A stretch of 64,000 nt of DNA. It comes from Eledone cirrhosa. Taxonomy: Eukaryota. Position 1 is the stretch's first letter. Each line of letters starts with the position of its first letter. The position numbers were made by a program, and so were the translations under genes. The DNA is taken from positions 24,118,001 to 24,182,000 of the forward strand of contig OZ024742.1 in assembly GCA_964016885.1 (NCBI GenBank), given 5' to 3'. Below are positions 55,558 through 64,000 of the stretch, piece after piece. The notes under the pieces are model-generated. The model was given only the letters and a program-made list of their open reading frames with translations, did not search any database and was not told the origin of the DNA.

Positions 55558-56655
55558 ATCATTATTATTTTTATATTCACTTTTCCAAGCTGGTATCACA
55601 TGTCCGTATCAGCGCACTCTTCTCTCTTGCTCACTACATCTTATTTCTCTCATATCTAGTTTTTCTTTCAGTAAATCCACGCCCCGTTGTTCACTAACAT
55701 TACACATCCAATGGAGCATGCTTGCAATTCCGAAATCATTATAATTGTAGCTCAGCCATGGTTTTATTTTTTATTAGTTTTCTATTTTATATAAGGGAAG
55801 GCGGAAGGTAGTGGAGCAAGGAAGAGGAGGAGTATGAGGTGGAGGAAGTTGAGATGATATAATCTGCAGCTTGCTGAACTGTTAAACAGAAATTTGCAAC
55901 ATATTTAAAAAAAAAAAAAAAACTATAAGAAAGTTGAATGTAGCGCAGTGGTAGTTAAAGTAAAAATTAAAGAAAAGAAAATTGAATAGAATATAGATAA
56001 AACCAAACCCTAGAATAACGATAAGCACTAATTAGTAGTACTAATATAAATTACTGCTAAAGCTGATCTTTCATGCATCTATTATAGATTTAATACAAAC
56101 AAGTAAACACAGCCGCATTTAGAATACAAATCCTGGAGGCATATTCCTTCTCCACTCTTACAAACTTCGCATAGTTATCTATAAATAACTATTTCCATTA
56201 GAATACGGTATTTATTTTTAAAACAAAGATTCTTTCATTTTTTTTATATTTCAGTCAAGTTTGTATGTAAATTGTGCGATAAATTCCTAGACTACTTTTA
56301 TCTCGGTATTTTGTTATAGATACTGGGAGGTATATCACATTATTTATATTGGTATAGGGTGGTTTTATTCATACAGCAATTTCATAAACATGAAACATGA
56401 ATACACGTGTATGTGTGTATATGCATGTATACATGCATATACATATATCTGTGTGTGCACACATGTATATAAGTGCGTGTGTACATAGCTTTGTATGTGT
56501 GTATACACTGATATAGCTCTCTCTCTGTATATATATTTATATATACATATAGTGTTAGAATTTAGCTTCGAGCATAGCTGTATATAGATATGTATTGGAA
56601 TTTCGTATTTCTAAAAAAATACGGTGGTTATAAATAAATATTTAGAAATCCATAC

Positions 56656-56820
56656 CTATGCAAAAACACCGACAGGCATCGCCACCTGAGGGTGTCCAGC
56701 AAAAGCAAGGGGGACAATGGGAAATACATTGCAAACTGAACTGGTACTCATCAGGACGATTCCTTCCACTCTTGCAACTGCGGCACTCTGGAAACAGGCG
56801 AGAATATATAGTTTTCTCAT
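56656..56820 (-). CDS. Candidate 165-bp coding exon, cysteine-rich peptide of unknown family
   Basis: Acceptor ctcatttacag, donor gtatgg, length 55 codons, open frame with 9 Cys, GC-richer than flanks. Confidence 0.5.
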   Translation of the reverse strand: MRKLYILACFQSAAVARVEGIVLMSTSSVCNVFPIVPLAFAGHPQVAMPVGVFA

Positions 56821-57054
56821 CTGTAAATGAGGTAATTAATCTCATTTGCGTATGAATAAGTTGGCTATACATGTATATATATATATATATCATTATTATC
56901 ATCAACGTTTAACGTCTATCTTCCACGCTAGCATGGGTTTAGACGGGAATTGTCCTATTTGAGGCAAGATTGGTCAGGTGACCATGTCTTGCTTGTATAG
57001 GGCTGTCTTGCAGTTTTTCTACGACTGGATGCCTTTCCTAAAACCAATCACGTT

Positions 57055-57136
<82 letters not shown>

Positions 57137-58015
57137 GGGGGGGGAGATAAAGTTATTGTTCCTGCATATGTACAAACTTCCTTTGCATATTACAATTGTT
57201 TTCCTATTAATCAGCCCTGGGTGGTGCAATCAAGTATTAATAATATTATTATTCAATCACAAATGGATTTATGTATCCACTATGTTAGAGCGGAAACAAA
57301 TTGTGTTTATGTATATATATATATATATATATATATAATGCATTGTTAAATATGAAGAAACATCGAACACAATTACACAATGTATTATTTTACCATTTTC
57401 ACAGCCAAAAGACTGCTTTGACCCAGGTCTGTCACCCTTCCTCCTTTCTTTTCCTAATTATCCTTGATCGTTCCCTCCTTTTCCTCTCATGGTATTTATA
57501 GTCCTTTCCAATACTGCTTTATTTAACTGTATGTTTGACCAATTTATACTTTCATCAACAATAAATGTATTCCTTTTCTACTTAGAAAAACAAAAAAGTT
57601 TCATGCTTATGACAATATGAAAATTAATGTCACAATGTATCAGATACTAATCCTTCATCAAAAAAGAGTGACATTAGGAGAAAAAGGAAGGCAGAGAAGA
57701 AAAAAACCAAGGAGGGTCAAAGTTGTTAGCTGTGTAGGTGTGTATGTAGTCTTGTATGTGTGGACAGTAGTGGTGGTAGTGTGTCCATGTCTATTAGTGA
57801 TACTGATACATATGTGCAGATGAGACGCATCAAGTGATTTGATCACTGTTTCGTGTTTGTTTCTGTAGGCATGTCAATCCAGCTGTGCATAGATGTGCAT
57901 GCATTAGGTGAGTTTGTGCACTTTGGTTTGTGTGTGCATGCACCAGTTGAAGTATATAGGTGTGTGGGTGAATCAGTGTACATGTGTTTCTTTTTGTGTG
58001 TAAAGTTATATATAA

Positions 58016-58097
<82 letters not shown>

Positions 58098-58144
58098 ATG
58101 TGCATGTGCCTATATATATATATGTGCATGTAAATTTGAGTGTG

Positions 58145-58190
<46 letters not shown>

Positions 58191-58538
58191 CGTGTGTGTA
58201 TGTGTGTGTGTGTGCATGTGTATGTGTCTATATATACTATATGTGTGAGTGTGCATATGTACATACAGAAATACATAAAATCTGTCATTTTAAAATTCTC
58301 TGCGGTGATGGTTAAAAAAAAATCTCCAAATATATTTATTCAATGTGATTTCCATAGTTTATGGATTTCCTCTAGGGTAAACATATAAACATATACAAAT
58401 TGTCTTCCTTCCATCTTTTGCACTTCACATTAATATTCTTCATATTCCTCATGATTGAAAGTACATATTAACATATAGGAAGCTATAACTGATCTATATA
58501 GACTTTTGTATGTTTTTATTTTTTATTGTTTTCATTGT

Positions 58539-58926
58539 GAAGACGCATGGCTTAGTGGTTAGAGCATTGGGCTTGCAATCGAAAGGTTGTGAGTTCAATT
58601 CTTGGACCGGGTGGTGTGTTGTTTCCTTGAACAAGACACTTTATTTAACATTGCTCCAGTTTACTCGTCTGTAGAAATTAGATGATAGGACTGTGGTCCC
58701 TATCATTCCACTGCAAATAGTCGTGTAGGTGCTACAGCAAATAAGCACCCAGCACTCACTGTAAATGAGGTTGGTGTTAGGAAGGGCATCCAGCTGTAGA
58801 AATCAAGCCAGAATCAGTTCCTGTATGAGCAAGACAAAGTCAGCCGACCGGACACTGCCCAGAATATGACAACCCGTCTAACGCATGCTAGCGTGGAAAA
58901 ATGGACGTAAAACGGTGATAATGATG
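58539..58926 (+). mobile_element. Full-length CORE-type tRNA SINE with long RTE-derived tail
   Basis: Head GCATGGCTTAGTGG; tail matches 36850-37110. Confidence 0.88.
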
Positions 58927-59404
58927 TTGTTGTTTAGTACTAAGAGAGATGTACTAGAATTGATGGTTAAATGATATCTCATTTCATTTTGTATGATAAT
59001 GTACATGGTTGATGAATGCTGGGTGAAGTTGTGCCCAGAGAAAGACCGAGGAAAATTTGGGGCTGCTGATCTTAAATATCTGAACAACAAAGGCCTTTCT
59101 TTCTCCTGACATTTATTTACCCAGTGTTCGTCATGCATACACATCTCATATCCATATCAGAAAGAATACGATCGTGAATACAAGCAGCCGAAATGGGGTT
59201 TCTGCGAACGGTCTTTGGAGTAATGATATTCAATAGAGTGTGTAGCTCGGAGATCAGATTAACTCCAGGTAGAGCCACTACTTCACAGCTCCAATACTAT
59301 GGGCATGTGGTTATATTGTCTTAGGTAAGAATCACTGGACACAGCCAGCTCATCTATTACATTTTTGCCATGGTTTCGACAGCTGGATGCTCTTTCTTAA
59401 TGTC

Positions 59405-62400
59405 AACCACTTTACAGAGTCTAATGGGAGTATTTTATCATGACACTAGCACTACCACTTTATAGAGTCTAATGAGAGTATTTTATCATGACACTAGCAC
59501 TACTACTTTATAGAGTCTAATGGGAGTATTTTATCATGACACTAGCACTACCACTTTACAGAGTCTAATGGGAGTATTTTATCATGACACTAGCACTACC
59601 ACTTTACAGAGTCTAATGGGAGTATTTTATCATGACACTAACACTACCACTTTATAGAGTCTAATGGGAGTATTTTATCATGACACTAGCACTACCACTT
59701 TACAGAGTCTAATGGGAGTATTTTATCATGACACTATCACTACCACTTTACAGAGTCTAATGGGAGTATTTTATCATGACACTAGCACTACCACTTTATA
59801 GAGTCTAATGAGAGTATTTTATCATGACACTAGCACTACCACTTTATAGAGTCTAATGGGAGTATTTTATCATGACACTAGCACTACCACTTTACAGAGT
59901 CTAATGGGAGTATTTTATCATGACACTAGCACTACCACTTTACAGAGTCTAATGGGAGTATTTTATCATGACACTATCACTACCACTTTACAGATTCTAA
60001 TGGGAGTATTTTATCATGACCCTAACACTACCACTTTACAGAGTCTAATGGGAGTATTTTATCATGACACTAGCACTACCACTTTATAGAGTCTAATGGG
60101 AGTATTTTATCATGACACTAGCACTACCACTTTACAGAGTCTAATGGGAGTATTTTATCATGACACTAGCACTACCACTTTATAGAGTCTAATGGGAGTA
60201 TTTTATCATGACACTAGCACTACCACTTTACAGAGTCTAATGGGAGTATTTTATCATGACACTAGCACTACCACTTTACAGAATCTAATGGGAGTATTTT
60301 ATCATGACACTAACACTACCACTTTACAGAGTCTAATGGGAGTATTTTAACATGACACTAGCACTACCAGTTTCCAGAGTCTAATGGGAGTATTTTATCA
60401 TGACACTAGCACTACCACTTTCCAGAGTCTAATGGGAGTATTTTATCATGACACTAGCACTACCACTTAACAGAGTCTAATGGGAGTATTTTATCATGAC
60501 ACTAGCACTACCACTTTACAGAGTCTAATGGGAGTAATTTATCATCACACTAGCACTACCACTTTCCAGAGTCTAATGGGAGTATTTTATCATGACACTA
60601 GCACTACCACTTTATAGAGTCTAATGGGAGTATTTTATCATGACACTAGCACTACCACTTTACAGAGTCTAATGGGAGTAATTTATCATCACACTAGCAC
60701 TACCACTTTCCAGAGTCTAATGGGAGTATTTTATCATGACACTAGCACTACCACTTTATAGAGTCTAATGGGAGTATTTTATCATGACACTAGCACTACC
60801 ACTTTACAGAGTCTAATGGGAGTATTTTATCATGACACTAGCACTACCAATTTACAGAGTCTAATGGGAGTATTTTATCATGACACTAGCACTACCACTT
60901 TACAGAGTCTATTGGGAGTATTTTATCATGACACTAGCACTACCACTTTACAGAGTCTAATGGGAGTATTTTATCATGACACTAACACTACCACTTTATA
61001 GAGTCTAATGGGAGTATTTTATCATTACACTAGCACTACCACTTTATAGAGTCTAATGGGAGTATTTTATCATGACACTAGCACTACCACTTTACAGAGT
61101 CTAATGGGAGTATTTTACCATGACACTAACACTACCACTTTATAGAGTCTAATGGGAGTATTTTATCATGACACTAGCACTACCACTTTACAGAGTCTAA
61201 TGGGAGTATTTTATCATGACACTATCACTACCACTTTACAGAGTCTAATGGGATTATTTTATCATGACACTAGCACTACCACTTTATAGAGTCTAATGAG
61301 AGTATTTTATCATGACACTAGCACTACCACTTTATAGAGTCTAATGGGAGTATTTTATCATGACACTAGCACTACCAATTTACAGAGTCTAATGGGAGTA
61401 TTTTATCATGACACTAACACTACCACTTTACAGAGTCTAATGGGAGTATTTTATCATGACACTAGCACTACCACTTTCCAGAGTCTAACGGGAGTATTTT
61501 ATCATGACACTAGCACTACCACTTTACAGAGTCTAATGGGAGTATTTTATCATGACACTAACACTACCACTTTATAGAGTCTAATGGGAGTATTTTATCA
61601 TGACACTAGCACTACCACTTTATAGAGTCTAATGGGAGTATTTTATCATGACACTAGCACTACCACTTTACAGAGTCTAATGGGAGTATTTTATCATGAC
61701 ACTAGCACTACCACTTTACAGAGTCTAATGGGAGTATTTTATCATGACACTATCACTACCACTTTACAGATTCTAATGGGAGTATTTTATCATGACCCTA
61801 ACACTACCACTTTACAGAGTCTAATGGGAGTATTTTATCATGACACTAGCACTACCACTTTATAGAGTCTAATGGGAGTATTTTATCATGACACTAGCAC
61901 TACCACTTTACAGAGTCTAATGGGAGTATTTTATCATGACACTAGCACTACCACTTTATAGAGTCTAATGGGAGTATTTTATCATGACACTAGCACTACC
62001 ACTTTACAGAGTCTAATGGGAGTATTTTATCATGACACTAGCACTACCACTTTACAGAATCTAATGGGAGTATTTTATCATGACACTAACACTACCACTT
62101 TACAGAGTCTAATGGGAGTATTTTAACATGACACTAGCACTACCAGTTTCCAGAGTCTAATGGGAGTATTTTATCATGACACTAGCACTACCACTTTCCA
62201 GAGTCTAATGGGAGTATTTTATCATGACACTAGCACTACCACTTAACAGAGTCTAATGGGAGTATTTTATCATGACACTAGCACTACCACTTTACAGAGT
62301 CTAATGGGAGTATTTTATCATGACACTAGCACTACCACTTTCCAGAGTCTAATGGGAGTATTTTATCATGACACTAGCACTACCACTTTACAGAGTCTAA

Positions 62401-64000
62401 TGGGAGTATTTTATCATGACACTAGCACTACCACTTTACAGAGTCTAATAGGAGTATTTTATCATGACACTAACACTACCACTTTACAGAGTCTAATGGG
62501 AGTATTTTATCATGACACTAGCACTACCACTTTCCAGAGTCTAACGGGAGTATTTTATCATGACACTAGCACTACCACTTTAAAGAGTCTAATGGGAGTA
62601 TTTTATCATGACACTAACACTACCACTTTATAGAGTCTAATGGGAGTATTTTATCATGACACTAGCACTACCACTTTATAGAGTCTAATGGGAGTATTTT
62701 ATCATGACACTAGCACTACCACTTTACAGAGTCTAATGGGAGTATTTTATCATGACACTAGCACTACCACTTTACAGAGTCTAATGGGAGTATTTTATCA
62801 TGACACTAGCACTACCAATTTACAGAGTCTAATGGGAGTATTTTATCATGACACTAGCACTACCACTTTACAGAGTCTATTGGGAGTATTTTATCATGAC
62901 ACTAGCACTACCACTTTACAGAGTCTAATGGGAGTATTTTATCATGACACTAACACTACCACTTTATAGAGTCTAATGGGAGTATTTTATCATGACACTA
63001 GCACTACCACTTTATAGAGTCTAACGGGAGTATTTTATCATGACACTAGCACTACCACTTTACAGAGTCTAATGGGAGTATTTTATCATGACACTAACAC
63101 TACCACTTTATAGAGTCTAATAGGAGTATTTTATCATGACACTAGCACTACCACTTTACAGAGTCTAATGGGAGTATTTTATCATGACACTAGCACTACC
63201 ACTTTACAGAGTCTAATGGGAGTATTTTATCATGTCACTATCACTACCACTTTACAGAGTCTAATGGGAGTATGTTATCATGACACTAGCACTACCACTT
63301 TATAGAGTCTAATGAGAGTATTTTATCATGACACTAGCACTACCACTTTATAGAGTCTAATGGGAGTATTTTATCATGACACTAGCACTACCACTTTACA
63401 GAGTCTAATGGGAGTATTTTATCATGACACTAGCACTACCACTTTACAGAGTCTAATGGGAGTATTTTATCATGACACTATCACTACCACTTTACAGATT
63501 CTAATGGGAGTATTTTATCATGACCCTAACACTACCACTTTACAGAGTCTAATGGGAGTATTTTATCATGACACTAGCACTACCACTTTATAGAGTCTAA
63601 TGGGAGTATTTTATCATGACACTAGCACTACCACTTTACAGAGTCTAATGGGAGTATTTTATCATGACACTAGCACTACCACTTTATAGAGTCTAATGGG
63701 AGTATTTTATCATGACACTAGCACTACCACTTTACAGAGTCTAATGGGAGTATTTTATCATGTCACTATCACTACCACTTTACAGAGTCTAATGGGAGTA
63801 TGTTATCATGACACTAGCACTACCAGTTTCCAGAGTCTAATGGGAGTATTTTAGCATGACACTAGCACTACCACTTTCCAGAGTCTAATGGGAGTATTTT
63901 ATCATGACACTAGCACTACCACTTAACAGAGTCTAATGGGAATATTTTATCATGACAATAGCACTACCACTTTACAGAGTCTAATGGGAGTATTTTATCA
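59405..64000. repeat. 48-bp tandem satellite, ~95 copies, runs off the window
   Basis: Unit ACCACTTTACAGAGTCTAATGGGAGTATTTTATCATGACACTAGCACT with point variants only. Confidence 0.98.

Noticed and set aside
56740-56760. CTGATGAG on the minus strand as a hammerhead core
   Set aside because: No matching GAAA or stems; lies in the candidate exon
58539-58610. tRNA gene
   Set aside because: A and B boxes present but stems do not pair, and it continues into SINE body
59405-64000. CRISPR-like array or repetitive protein (MGVFYHDTSTTTLQSL)n
   Set aside because: No unique spacers or cas genes; frequent TAG variants break the frame; it is a plain satellite

Overview
AT-rich eukaryotic, repeat-saturated intronic or intergenic DNA. 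The tRNA-CORE SINEs, Nin-domain SINEs, RTE tails and very long (TA)n/(TACA)n tracts suggest an octopod cephalopod; this is an inference from repeat families. No prokaryotic features or CRISPR array are present, and most ORFs in the track (YIYIHT, VLVLV, MGVFYHDT) are translations of simple repeats. Real coding relics are a near full-length R4/Dong-like RLE retrotransposon with one nonsense codon (17441-20950), a CR1/L2-group LINE, several RTE LINEs, a Gypsy integrase plus 3' LTR, Mariner and pogo/Tigger remnants, and Penelope-like (GIY-YIG) elements. The most striking signal is a dense set of type I hammerhead ribozyme motifs: about six sequence families and 11 copies, most sitting in TA microsatellites. 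They include an 82-bp inverted terminal pair, a perfect 343-bp palindrome carrying two back-to-back hammerheads, and families with unusually long (~85 nt) stem II. Also present are a ~4-kb tandem triplication, a 48-bp satellite derived from an RTE/SINE tail subrepeat with a 36-37-mer higher-order period, and candidate minus-strand host exons, including a 165-bp Cys-rich exon.
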